Source: Squalus acanthias
Lineage: Eukaryota
DNA: 64,000 nt
Direction: 5' to 3'
NCBI GenBank assembly: GCA_030390025.1
Contig: JASTWF010000359.1
Span: 62,001-126,000 of the forward strand
This document shows positions 49,341 to 62,800 of this stretch, one piece after another. The position numbers and the translations under genes were made by a program. The number at the start of each line of letters is the position of its first letter. Position 1 is the first letter of the stretch. The notes below the pieces were generated by a model. That model worked only from the letters and a program-made list of their open reading frames with translations. It had not been told where the DNA came from and searched no databases.

Positions 49341-50048
49341 TGGAATACTGCATACAGTTTTGGTGTCCTTACTTAAGGAAAGACGTCCTTGCTCTCGAGG
49401 CAGTGCAAAAAAGGTTCACTCGGTTAATCCCGGGGATGAGGGGGTGGTCATATGAGGAGAGGTTGTGTAGATTGGGACTCTACTCATTGGAGTTCAGAAG
49501 AATGAGAGGCGATCTTATTGAAACATATAAGATTGTGAAGGGGTTGGATCGGGTGGATGCGGGGAGGATGTTCCCGATGACGGGTGAGACTAGAACTAGG
49601 GGACATAGTCTTAGAATAAGGGGCTGCTCTTTCAAAACTGAGATGAGGAGGAACTACTTCACTCAGAGGGTGGTAGGTCCATGGAATATGCTGCCACAAA
49701 AAGCTGTAGAAGCTACATCATTAAATAAATTTAAAACAGAAATCGACAGTTTCCTAGAAGTAAAGGGCATTAAGGGTTACGGGGAGCGGGCAGGAATTTG
49801 GACATGAGTCAAGGTTCGGATCGGTCATGGCCCTGTGGGTAGTGGAGCGGGCCCAGGGACCGTGTAGCCTGATTCTGCTCCTATTTCGTGTGTGCAATTC
49901 TGTTAGATGCAGGAGATGGTTCTGTGATAGTAGATAGTAGATTGGCGGTTAGGATCAGATCAGATTTGATCTTATTGAATGGCGGAGCAGGCTCGAGGGG
50001 CCGATTGGCCTACTCCTGCTCCTATTTCTTATGTTCTTATGCTCTTAT
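49341..50048 (+). mobile_element. CR1 3' fragment inserted in the satellite
   Basis: Near-identical to 14891-15594, including the extended 3' UTR. The satellite phase resumes exactly after the tail. Confidence 0.96.
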
Positions 50049-53000
50049 GTATCTAACCCCGTGCTGTACCTGCCCTGGGAGTGTTTGATGGGACAGTGTA
50101 GAGGGAGCTTTACTCTGTATCTAACCCGTGCTGTACCTGCCCTGGGAGTGTTTGATGGGACAGTGTAGAGGGAGCTTTACTCTGTATCTAACCCGTGCTG
50201 TACCTGCCCTGGGAGTGTTTGATGGGACAGTGTAGAGGGAGCTTTACTCTGTTTCTAACCCTTGCTGTACCTGCCCTGGGAGTGTTTGATGGGACAGTGT
50301 AGAGGGAGCTTTACTCTGTATCTAACCCGTGCTGTACCTGCCCTGGGAGTGTTTGATGGGACAGTGTAGAGGGAGCTTTCCTCTGTGTCTAACGCGTGCT
50401 GTACCTGCCCTGGGAGTGTTTGATGGAACAGTGTAGAGGGAGCTTTACTCTGTATCTAACGAGTGCTGTACCTGACTGGGAGTGTTTGATGGGACAGTGT
50501 AGAGGGAGCTTTACTCTGTATCAAACCCGTGCTGTACCTGCCCTGGGAGTGTTTGATGGGTCAGTGTAGAGGGAGCTTTACTCTGTATCTAACCCGTGCT
50601 GTACCTGCCCTGGGAGTGTTTGATGGGACAGTGTAGAGGGAGCTTTACTCTGTATCTAACCTGTGCTGTACCTGCCCTGGGAGTGTTTGATGGGACAGTG
50701 TAGAGGGAGCTTTACTCTGTATCTAACCGTGCTGTACCTGCCCTGGGAGTGTTTGATGGGACAGTGTAGAGGGAGCTTTACTCTGTATCTAACCCGTGCT
50801 GTACCTGCCCTGGGAGTGTTTGATGGGACAGTGTAGAGGGAGCTTTACTCTGTATCTAACCCGTGCTGTACCTGCCCTGGAGTGTTTGATGGGACAGTGT
50901 AGAGGGAGCTTTACTCTGTATCTAACCCGTGCTGTACCTGCCCTGGGAGTGTTTGATGGGACAGTGTAGAGGGAGCTTTACTCTGTATCTAACCCGTGCT
51001 GTACCTGCCCTGGGAGTGTTTGATGGGACAGTGTAGAGGGAGCTTTACTCTGTATCTAACCCGTGCTGTACCTGCCCTGGGAGTGTTTGATGGGACAGTG
51101 TAGAGGGAGCTTTACTCTGTATCTAACCCGTGCTGTACCTGCCCTGGGAGTGTTTGATGGGACAGTGTAGAGGGAGCTTTACTCTGTATCTAACCTGTGC
51201 TGTACCTGCCCTGCGAGTGTTTGATGTGGACAGTGTAGAGGGAGTTTTACTCTGTTTCTAGCCCATGCTGTACCTGCCCTGGGAGTGTTTGATGGGACAG
51301 TGTAGAGGGAGCTTTACTCTGTATCTAACCTGCGCTGTACCTGCCCTGGGAGTGTTTGATGGGACAGTGTAGACGGAGCTTTACTCTGTATCTAACCTGT
51401 GCTGTACCTGCCTGGGAGTGTTTGATGGGACAGTGTAGAGGGAGCTTTACTCTGTATCTAACCCGTGCTGTACCTGCCCTGGGAGTGTTTGATGGGACAG
51501 TGCAGAGGGAGCTTTACTCTGTATCTAACCCGTGCTGTACCTGCCCTGGGAGTGTTTGATGGGACAGTGTAGAGGGAGCTTTCCTCTGTATCTAACGAGT
51601 GCTGTACCTGCCCTGGGAGTGTTTGATGGGACAGTGTAGAGGGAGCTTTACTCTGTATCTAATCCGTGCTGTACCTGCCCTGGGAGTGTTTGATGGGACA
51701 GTGTAGAGGGAGCTTTACTCTGTATCTAACCCGTGCTGTACATGCCCTGGAGTGTTTGATGGGACAGTGTAGAGGGAGCTTTACTCTGTATCTAACCCGT
51801 GCTGTACCTGCCCTGGGAGTGTTTGATGGGACAGTGTAGAGGGAGCTTTACTCTGTATCTAACCCGTGCTGTACCTGCCCTGGGAGTGTTTGATGGGACA
51901 GTGTAGAGGGAGCTTTACTCTGTATCTAACCCGTGCTGTACCTGCCCTGGGAGTGTTTGATGGGACAGTGTAGAGGGAGCTTTACTCTGTATCTAACCCG
52001 TGCTGTACCTGCCCTGGGAGTGTTTGATGGGACAGTGTAGAGGGAGCTTTACTCTGTATCTAACCCGTGCTGTACCTGCCCTGGGAGTGTTTGATGGGAC
52101 AGTGTAGAGGGAGCTTTACTCTGTATCTAACCCGTGCTGTACCTGCCCTGGGAGTGTTTGATGGGACAGTGTAGAGGGAGCTTTACTCGGTATCTAACCC
52201 GCGCTGTAGCTGCCCTGGGAGTGTTTGATGGGACAGTGTAGATGGAGCTTTACTCTGTATCTAACCTGTGCTGCACCTGCCCTGGGAGTGTTTGATGGGA
52301 CAGTGTAGAGGGAGTTTTACCCTGTTTCTAACCCTTGCTGCACCTGCCCTGGGAGTGTTTGATGGGACAGTGTAGAGGGAGCTTTACTCTGTATCTAACC
52401 CGTACTGTAGCTGCCCTGGGAGTGTTTGATGGGACAGTGTAGACGGAGCTTTACTCTGTATCTAAGCTGTGCTGTACCTGCCCTGGGAGTGTTTGATGGG
52501 GACCGTGTAGAGGGAGTTTTACTCTGTATCGAACCCATGCTGTACCTGCCCTGGGAGTGTTGGATTGGACAGTGTAAACGGAGCTTTACTCTGTATCTAA
52601 CCCTTGCTGCACCTGCCCTGGGAGTGTTTGATGGGACAGTGTAGAGGGAGCTTTACTCTGTATCTAACCCGTGCTGTACCTGCCCTGGGAGTGTTTGATG
52701 GGACAGTGTAGAGGGAGCTTTACTCTGTATCTAACCCGTGCTGTACCTGCCCTGGGAGTGTTTGATGGGACAGTGTAGAGGGAGCTTTACTCTGTATCTA
52801 ACCCGTGCTGTACCTGCCCTGGGAGTGTTTGATGGGACAGTGTAGAGGGAGCTTTACTCTGTATCTAACCCAGTGCTGTACCTGCCCTGGGAGTGTTTGA
52901 TGGGACAGTGTAGAGGGAGCTTTACTCTGTATCTAACCCCGTGCTGTACCTGCCCTGGGAGTGTTTGATGGGACAGTGTAGAGGGAGCTTTACTCTGTAT

Positions 53001-56000
53001 CTAACCCGTGCTGTACCTGCCCTGGGAGTGTTTGATGGGACAGTGTAGAGGGAGCTTTACTCTGTATCTAACCCGTGCTGTACCTGCCCTGGGAGTGTTT
53101 GATGGGACAGTGTAGAGTGAGCTTTACTCTGTATCTAACCCGTGCTGTACCTGCCCTGGGAGTGTTTGATGGGACAGTGTAGAGGGAGCTTTACTCTGTA
53201 TCTAACCCGTGCTGTACCTGCCCTGGGAGTGTTTGATGGGACAGTGTAGAGGGAGCTTTACTCTGTATCTAACCCGTGCTGTACCTGCCCTGGGAGTGTT
53301 TGATGGGACAGTGTAGAGGGAGCTTTACTCTGTATCTAACCCGTGCTGTACCTGCCCTGGGAGTGTTTGATGGGACAGTGTAGAGGGAGCTTTACTCTGT
53401 ATCTAACCCGTGCTGTACCTGCCCTGGGAGTGTTTGATGGGACAGTGTAGAGGGAGCTTTACTCTGTATCTAACCCGTGCTGTACCTGCCCTGGGAGTGT
53501 TTGATGGGACAGTGTAGAGGGAGCTTTACTCTGTATCTAACCCGTGCTGTACCTGCCCTGGGAGTGTTTGATGGGACAGTGTAGAGGGAGCTTTACTCTG
53601 TATCTAACCCGTGCTGTACCTGCCCTGGGAGTGTTTGATGGGACAGTGTAGAGGGAGCTTTACTCTGTATCTAACCCGTGCTGTACCTGCCCTGGGAGTG
53701 TTTGATGGGACAGTGTAGAGGGAGCTTTACTCTGTATCTAACCCATGCTGTACCTGCCCTGGGAGTGTTTGATGGGACAGTGTAGAGGGAGCTTTACTCT
53801 GTATCTAACCCGTGCTGTACCTGCCCTGGGAGTGTTTGATGGGACAGTGTAGAGGGAGCTTTACTCTGTATCTAACCCGTGCTGTACCTGCCCTGGGAGT
53901 GTTTGATGGGACAGTGTAGAGGGAGCTTTACTCTGTATCTAACCCGTGCTGTACCTGCCCTGGGAGTGTTTGATGGGACAGTGTAGAGGGAGCTTTACTC
54001 TGTATCTAACCGTGCTGTACCTGTCCTGGGAGTGTTTGATGGGACAGTGTAGAGGGAGCTTTACTCTGTATCTAACCAGTGCTGTACCTGCCCTGGGAGT
54101 GTTTGATGGGACAGTGTAGAGGCAGCTTTACTCTGTATCTAACCCGTGCTGTACCTGCCCTGGGAGTGTTTGATGGGACCGTGTAGAGGGAGCTTTACTC
54201 TGTATCTAACACGTGCTGTACCTGCCTTGGGAGTGTTTGATGGGACAGTGTAGATGGAGCTTTACTCTGTCTCTAACCCGTGCTGTACCTGCCCTGGGAG
54301 TGTTTCATGGGACAGTGTAGAGTGAGCTTTACTCTGTATCTAACCCGCGCTGTACCTGCCCTGGGAGTGTTTGATGGGACAGTGTAGAGGGAGCTTTACT
54401 CTGTATCTAACCCGTGCTGTTCCTGCCCTGGGATTGTTTGATGGGACAGTGTAGAGGGAGCTGTACTCTGTATCTTACCGCATGCTGTACCTGCCCTGGG
54501 AGTGTTTGATGGGACAGTGTAGAGGGAGCATTACTCTGTATCGAACCCATGCTGTACCTGCCCTGGGAGTGTTTGATTGGACAGTGTAAACGGAGCTTTA
54601 CTCTGTATCTAACCTGTGCTGTACCTGCCCTGCGAGTGTTTGATGTGGACAGTGCAGAGGGAGTTTTACTCTGTTTCTAGCCCATGCTGTACCTGCCCTG
54701 GGAGTGTTTGATGGGACAGTGTAGAGGGAGCTTTCCTCTGTATCTAACCGTGCTGTACCTGCCCTGGGAGTGTTTGATGGGACAGTGTAGAGGGAGCTTT
54801 ACTCTGTATCTAATCCGTGCTGTACCTGCCCTGGGAGTGTTTGATGGGACAGTGTAGAGGGAGCTTTACTCTGTATCTAACCCTGTGCTGTACCTGCCCT
54901 GGGAGTGTTTGATGGGACAGTGTAGAGGGAGCTTTACTCTGTATCTAACCCGTGCTGTACCTGCCCTGGGAGTGTTTGATGGGACAGTGTAGAGGGAGCT
55001 TTACTCTGTATCTAACCCGTGCTGTAACTGCCCTGGGAGTGTTTGATGGGACAGTGTAGAGGGAGCTTTACTCTGTATCTAACCCCATGCTGTACCTGCC
55101 CTGGGAGTGTTTGATGGGACAGTGTAGAGGGAGCTTTACTCTGTATCTAACCCGTGCTGTACCTGCCCTGGGAGTGTTTGATGGGACCGTGTAGAGGGAG
55201 CTTTACTCTGTATCTAACCCGTGCTGTACCTGCCTTGGGAGTGTTTGATGGGACAGTGTAGATGGAGCTTTACTCTGTCTCTAACCCGTGCTGTAACTGC
55301 CCTGGGAGTGTTTCATGGGACAGTGCAGAGTGAGCTTTACTCGGTATCTAAGCTGTGCTGTACCTGCCCTGAGAGTGTTTGATGGGGACCATGTAGAGGG
55401 AGTTTTACTCTGTATCGAACCCATGCTGTACCTGCCCTGGGAGTGTTTGATTGGACAGTGTAAACGGAGCTTTACTCTGTATCTAACCTGTGCTGTACCT
55501 GCCCTGCGAGTGTTTGATGGGGACAGTGTAGAGGGAGTTTTACTCTGTTTCTAACCCATGCTGTACCTGCCCTGGGAGTGTTTGATGGGACAGTGTAGAG
55601 GGAGCTTTACTCTGTATCTAACCTGCGCTGTACGTGCCCTGGGAGTGTTTAATGGGACAGTGTAGACGGAGCTTTACTCTGTATCTAATCCGTGCTGTAC
55701 CTGCCCTGGGAGTGTTTGATGGGACAGTGTAGAGGGAGCTTTACTCTGTATCTAATCCGTGCTGTACCTGCCCTGGGAGTGTTTGTAGGGTCAGTGTAGA
55801 GGGAGCTTTACTCTGTATCTAACCCGTGCTGTACCTGCCCTGGGAGTGTTTGTAGGGACAGTGTAGAGGGAGCTTTACTCTGTATCAAACCCGTGCTGTA
55901 CATGCCCTGAGAGTGTTTGAAGGGTCAGTGTAGAGGGAGCTTTACTCTGTATCTCACCCGTGCTGTACCTGCCCTGGGAGTGTTTGATGGGACAGTGTAG

Positions 56001-59000
56001 AGGGAGCTTTACTCTGTATCTAACCTGTGCTGTACCTGCCCTGGGAGTGTTTGATGGGGCAGTGCAGAGGGAGCTTTCCTCTGTGTCCAGCGTGTGCTGT
56101 ACCTGCCCTGGGAGTGTTTGATGGGACAGTGTAGTGGGAGCTTTACTCTGTATCTAACCCGTGCTGTCCCTGCCCTGGGAGTGTATGATGGGACAGTGTT
56201 GAGGGAGCTTTACTCTGTATCTAACGCGTGCTGTACCTGTCCTGAGAGTGTTTGATGGGACAGTGTAGAGGGATCTTTACTCTGTATCTAACCCGTGCTG
56301 TACCTGCCCTGGGAGTGTTTGATGGGACAGTGTAGAGGGAGCTTTACTCTGTATCTAACCCGTGCTGTACCTGCCCTGGGATTGTTTGATGGGACAGTGT
56401 AGAGGGAGCTCTACTCTGTATCTAACCGCATGCTGTACCTGCCCTGGGAGTGTTTGATGGGACAGTGTAGAGGGAGCATTACTCTGTATCGAACCCATGC
56501 TGTACCTGCCCTGGGAGTGTTTCATTGGACAGTGTAAACGGAGCTTTACTCTGTATCTAACCTGTGCTGTACCTGCCCTGCGAGTGTTTGATGTGGACAG
56601 TGTAGAGGGAGTTTTACTCTGTTTCTAGCCCATGCTGTACCTGCCCTGGGAGTGTTTGATGGGACAGTGTAGAGGGAGCTTTACTCTGTATCTAACCCGT
56701 GCTGTACCTGCCCTGGGAGTGTTTGATGGGACAGTGTAGAGGGAGCTTTACTCTGTATCTAACCCGTGCTGTACCTGCCTGGGAGTGTTTGATGGGACAG
56801 TGTAGAGGGAGCTTTACTCTGTATCTAACCCGTGCTGTACCTGCCCTGGGAGTGTTTGATGGGACAGTGTAGAGGGAGCTTTACTCTGTATCTAACCCGT
56901 GCTGTACCTGCCCTGGGAGTGTTTGATGGGACAGTGTAGAGGGAGCTTTACTCTGTATCTAACCCGTGCTGTACCTGCCCTGGGAGTGTTTGATGGGACA
57001 GTGTAGAGGGAGCTTTACTCTGTATCTAACCCGTGCTGTACCTGCCCTGGGAGTGTTTGATGGGACAGTGTAGAGGGAGCTTTACTCTGTATCTAACCCG
57101 TGCTGTACCTGCCCTGGGAGTGTTTGATGGGACAGTGTAGAGGGAGCTTTACTCTGTATCTAACCCGTGCTGTACCTGCCCTGCGAGTGTTTGATGTGGA
57201 CAGTGTAGAGGGAGTTTTACTCTGTATCAAACCCGTGCTGTACATGCCCTGAGAGTGTTTGAAGGGTCAGTGTAGAGGGAGCTTTACTCTGTATCTAACC
57301 CGTGCTGTACCTGCCCTGGGAGTGTTTGATGGGACAGTGTAGAGGGAGCTTTACTCTGTATCTAACCCGTGCTGTCCCTGCCTTGGGAGTGTTTGATGGG
57401 ACAGTGTAGATGGAGCTTTACTCTGTCTCTAACCCGTGCTGTAACTGCCCTGGGAGTGTTTCATGTGACAGTGTAGAGTGAGCTTTACTCTGTATCTAAC
57501 CCGCGCTGTAGCTGCCCTGGGAGTGTTTGATGGGACAGTGCAGACGGAGCTTTATTCTGTATCTAACCTGTGCTGCACCTGCCCTGGGAGTGTTTGATGG
57601 GGACAGTGTAGAGGGAGTTTTACCCTGTTTCTAACCCTTGCTGCACCTGCCCTGGGAGTGTTTGATGGGACTGTGTAGAGGGAGCTTTCCTCTGTATCTA
57701 ACCCGTGCTGTACCTGCCCTGGGGGTGTTTGATGGGACAGTGTTGAGGGAACTTTACTCTGTATCTAACCTGTGCTATACCTGCCCTGGGAGTGTTTGAT
57801 GGGACAGTGGAGAGGGAGATTTCCTCTGTGTCCAACGCGTGCTGTACCTGCCCTGGGAGTGTTTGATGGGACAGTGTAGTGGGAGCTTTACTCTGTATCT
57901 AACCCCTTGCTGTCCCTGCCCTGGGAGTGTATGATGGGACAGTGTTGAGGGAGCTTTACTCTGTATCTAACCCGTGCTGTACCTGCCCTGGGAGTGTTTG
58001 ATGGGACAGTGTAGACGGATCGTTACTCTGTATCAAACCCGTGCTGTACCTGCCCTGGGAGTGTTTGATGGGACAGTGTAGAGGGAGCTTTACTCTGTAT
58101 CTAACCCCGTGCTGTACCTAGCCTGGGAGTGTTTGATGGGACCGTGTAGAGGGAGATTTCCTCTGTGTCCAACGCGTGTTGTACCTGCCCTGGGAGTGTT
58201 TTATGGGACAGTGTAGAGGGAGCTTTACTCTGTATCTAATCCGTGCTGTACCTGCCCTGGGAGTGTTTGATGGGACAGTGTAGAGGGAGCTTTACTCTGT
58301 ATCTAACCCGTGCTGTACCTGCCCTGGGAGTGTTTGATGGGACAGTGTAGAGGGAGCTTTACTCTGTATCTAACCAGTGCTGTACCTGCCCTGGGAGTGT
58401 TTGATGGGACAGTGTAGAGGGAGCTTTACTCTGTATCTAACCCGTGCTGTACCTGCCCTGGGAGTGTTTGATGGGACAGTGTAGAGGGAGCTTTACTCTG
58501 TATCTAACCCGTGCTGTACCTGCCCTGGGAGTGTTTGATGGGACAGTGTAGAGGGAGCTTTACTCTGTATCTAACCCGTGCTGTACCTGCCCTGGGAGTG
58601 TTTGATGGGACAGTGTAGAGGGAGCTTTACTCTGTATCTAACCCGTGCTGTACCTGCCCTGGGAGTGTTTGATGGGACAGTGTAGAGGGAGCTTTACTCT
58701 GTATCTAACCCGTGCTGTACCTGCCCTGGGAGTGTTTGATGGGACAGTGTAGAGGGAGCTTTACTCTGTATCTAACCCGTGCTGTACCTGCCCTGGGAGT
58801 GTTTGATGGGACAGTGTAGAGGGAGCTTTACTCTGTATCTAACCCGTGCTGTACCTGCCCTGGGAGTGTTTGATGGGACAGTGTAGCAGGAGCTTTACTC
58901 TGTATCTAACCTGTGCTGTACCTGCCCTGGGAGTGTTTGATGGGACAGTGTAGAGGGAGCTTTACTCTGTATCTAACCCGTGCTGTACCTGCCCTGGGAG

Positions 59001-59342
59001 TGTTTGATGGGACAGTGTAGAGGGAGCTTTACTCTGTATCTAACCCGTGCTGTACCTGCCCTGGGAGTGTTTGATGGGACAGTGTAGAGGGAGCTTTACT
59101 CTGTATCTAACCCGTGCTGTACCTGCCCTGGGAGTGTTTGATGGGACAGTGTAGAGGGAGCTTTACTCTGTATCTAACCCGTGCTGTACCTGCCCTGGGA
59201 ATGTTTGATGGGACAGTGCAGAGGGAGCTTTACTCTGTATCTAACCCGTGCTGTACCTGCCCTGGGAGTGTTTGATGGGACAGTGTAGAGGGAGCTTTCC
59301 TCTGTATCTAACCTGTGCTGTACCTGCCCTGGGAGTGTTTGA

Positions 59343-59820
59343 TGGACAAAATTGAGAGGTCGCACAACACCAGGTTATAGTCCAACAGTTTTATTTGAAA
59401 TCACAAGCTTTCGGAACTATCGCTCCTTCCTCAGGTGAAGTAAATTGGATACAGAATCGTCAGAGCATATATAGATGGAAAAAAAAGCATGTGTACTTTA
59501 CAATTGCAGACCAATAAATTAAATCATCCTGACTATCTGCCGAGGTGTGATAAAGTTAATTAAGTCAGCCAGGAAGGTACCACATCAAAAGACATAGCAA
59601 GATACAACTGAGACAATGAGGTGAAGTCGCAGGGGTTCTAACGTGTCAAAAGCTGCCGTCTGTATGTAAAACGAAAAGCTTTAAAAAAAGCTTTACTTTA
59701 ACCTGGAAATTTTACTTTTTACTGGGATACTTTGTGAACAGTACGAGAGTCCGGAAGTCATTTATCGTGACCTAAACCCGATCGTTGAGACTGCTCATCG
59801 TGGGAACTAGTTTTGATGAG
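59343..59820 (-). mobile_element. Penelope-like 3' end inserted in the satellite
   Basis: Reverse complement is homologous to 16510-17020 (for example GACATAGCAAGATACAACT.AGACAATGAGGTG and GGTTATAGTCCAACAGTTTTATTTGAAATCAC). Confidence 0.85.
59401..59438 (-). ncRNA. Minimal type I hammerhead ribozyme motif
   Basis: Minus strand TCAC-CTGAGGA-A-GGAGC(GATA)GTTCC-GAAA-GC-TT-GTGA, with an intact core and stem II kept by a G-U pair. Confidence 0.83.
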
Positions 59821-62800
59821 GACGTGTGAGGTGCTTAACTCTTATCTAATGCCGTGCTGTACCTGCCTGGAAGTGTTTGATGGGACAGTGTAGAGGGAGC
59901 TTTTGCTCTGTATCTAACTCCGTGCTGTATCGCCTGCGAGTGTTGCTGGACAGTGAGATGGCAGCTGTTACTCTTCTCTAACCGGTGTATGAGGTAGTGT
60001 TTGATGGGACAGTGTAGAGGGGAGCTTTACTCTGTATCTAACCCGTGCTGTATCTGCCCTGGGAGTGTTTTGATGGGAAAGTGTAGAGGGAGGCTTACTC
60101 TGTATCTAACCCGTGCTGTAGCTGCCCTGGGAGTGTTTGATGGGACAGTGTAGAGGGAGCTTTACTCTGTATCTAACCTGTGCTGTACCTGCCCTGGGAG
60201 TGTTTGATGGGGACAGTGTAGAGGGAGCTTTACTCTGTATCTAACCCTTGCTGTACCTGCCCTGGGAGTGTTTGATGGGACAGTGTAGAGGGAGCTTTAC
60301 TCTGTATCTAACCCGTACTGTACCTGCCCTGGGAGTGTTTGATGGGGACAGTGTAGAGGGAGCTTTACTCTGTATCTAACCCGTGCTGTACCTGCCCTGG
60401 GAGTGTTTGATGGGACAGTGCAGAGGGAGCTTTACTCTGTATCTAACCCGTGCTGTACCTGCCCTGGGAGTGTTTGATGGGACAGTGTAGAGGGAGCTTT
60501 ACTCTGTATCTAACCTGTGCTGTAACTGCCCTGGGAGTGTTTGATGGGACAGTGTCGAGGGAGCTTTACTCTGTATCTAACCCGTGCTGTACCTGCCCTG
60601 GGAGTGTTTGATGGGACAGTGTAGAGGGAGCTTTACTCTGTATCTAACCCGTGCTGTACCTGCCCTGGGAGTGTTTGATGGGACAGTGTAGAGGAAGCTT
60701 TACTCTGTATCTAACCCGTGCTGTACCTGCCTTGGGAGTGTTTGATGGGACAGTGTAGATGGAGCTTTACTCTGTCTCTAACCCGTGCTGTAACTGCCCT
60801 GGGAGTGTTTCATGGGACAGTGTAGAGTGAGCTTTACTCTGTATCTAACCCGCGCTGTAGCTGCCCTGGGAGTGTTTGATGGGACAGTGTAGACGGAGCT
60901 TTACTCTGTATCTAACCTGTGCTGTACCTGCCCTGGGAGTGTTTGATGGGACAGTGTAGAGGGAACTTTACTCTGTATCTAACCTGTGCTGTACCTGCCC
61001 TGGGAGTGTTTGATGGGACAGTGGAGAGGGAGATTTCCTCTGTGTCCAACGCGTGCTGTACCTGCCCTGGGAGTGTTTGATGGGACAGTGTTGAGGGAAC
61101 TTTACTCTGTATCTAACCCGTGCTGTACCTGCCCTGGGAGTGTTTGATGGGACAGTGTAGAGGGAGCTTTACTCTGTATCTAACCCGTGCTGTACCTGCC
61201 CTGGGAGTGTTTGATGGGACAGTGTAGAGGGAGCTTTACTCTGTATCTAACCCTTGCTGTACCTGCCCTGGGAGTGTTTGATGGGACAGTGTAGAGGGAG
61301 CTTTACTCTGTATCTAACCCGTGCTGTACCTGCCCTGGGAGTGTTTGATGGGACAGTGTAGAGGGAGCTTTACTCTGTATCTAACCCGTGCTGTACCTGC
61401 CCTGGGAGTGTTTGATGGGACAGTGTAGAGGGAGCTTTACTCTGTATCTAACCCGTGCTGTACCTGCCCTGGGAGTGTTTGATGGGACAGTGTAGAGGGA
61501 GCTTTACTCTGTATCTAACCGTGCTGTACCTGCCCTGGGAGTGTTTTATGGGACAGTGTAGAGGGAGCTTTACTCTGTATCTAATCCGTGCTGTACCTGC
61601 CCTGGGAGTGTTTGTAGGGTCAGTGTAGAGGGAGCTTTACTCTGTATCTAACCCTTGCTGTACCTGCCCTGGGAGTGTTTGATGGGACAGTGTAGAGGGA
61701 GCTTTACTCTGTATCTAACCTGTGCTGTAACTGCCCTGGGAGTGTTTGATGGGACAGTGTCGAGGGAGCTTTACTCTGTATCTAACTCCATGCTGTACCT
61801 GCCCTGGGAGTGTTTGATGGGACAGTGTAGAGGGAGCTTTACTCTATATCTAACCCCGTGCTGTACCTGCCCTGGGAGTGTTTGATGGGACCGTGTAGAG
61901 GGAGCTTTACTCTGTATCTAACCCGTGCTGTACCTGCCTTGGGAGTGTTTGATGGGACAGTGTAGATGGAGCTTTACTCTGTCTCTAACCCGTGTTGTAA
62001 CTGCCCTGGGAGTGTTTCATGGGACAGTGTAGAGTGAGCTTTACTCTGTATCTAACCCGCGCTGTAGCTGCCCTGGGAGTGTTTGATGGGACAGTGTAGA
62101 CGGAGCTTTACTCTGTATCTAACCCGTGCTGTACCTGCCCTGGGAGTGTTTGATGGGACAGTGTAGAGGGAGCTTTACTCTGTATCTAACCCGTGCTGTA
62201 CCTGCCCTGGGAGTGTTTGATGGGACAGTGTAGAGGGAGCTTTACTCTGTATCTAACCCGTGCTGTACCTGCCCTGGGAGTGTTTGATGGGACAGTGTAG
62301 AGGGAGCTTTACTCTGTATCTAACCTGTGCTGTACCTGCCCTGGGAGTGTTTGATGGGACAGTGGAGAGGGAGCTTTACTCTGTATCTAACCCGTGCTGT
62401 ACCTGCCCTGGGAGTGTTTGATGGGACAGTGTAGAGGGAGCTTTACTCTGTATCTAACCCGTGCTGTACCTGCCCTGGGAGTGTTTGATGGGACAGTGTA
62501 GAGGGAGCTTTACTCTGTATCTAACCCGTGCTGTACCTGCCCTGGGAGTGTTTGATGGGACAGTGTAGAGGGAGCTTTACTCTGTATCTAACCCGTGCTG
62601 TACCTGCCCTGGGAGTGTTTGATGGGACAGTGTAGAGGGAGCTTTACTCTGTATCTAACCCGTGCTGTACCTGCCCTGGGAGTGTTTGATGGGACAGTGT
62701 AGAGGGAGCTTTACTCTGTATCTAACCCGTGCTGTACCTGCCCTGGGAGTGTTTGATGGGACAGTGTAGAGGGAGCTTTACTCTGTATCTAACCCGTGCT

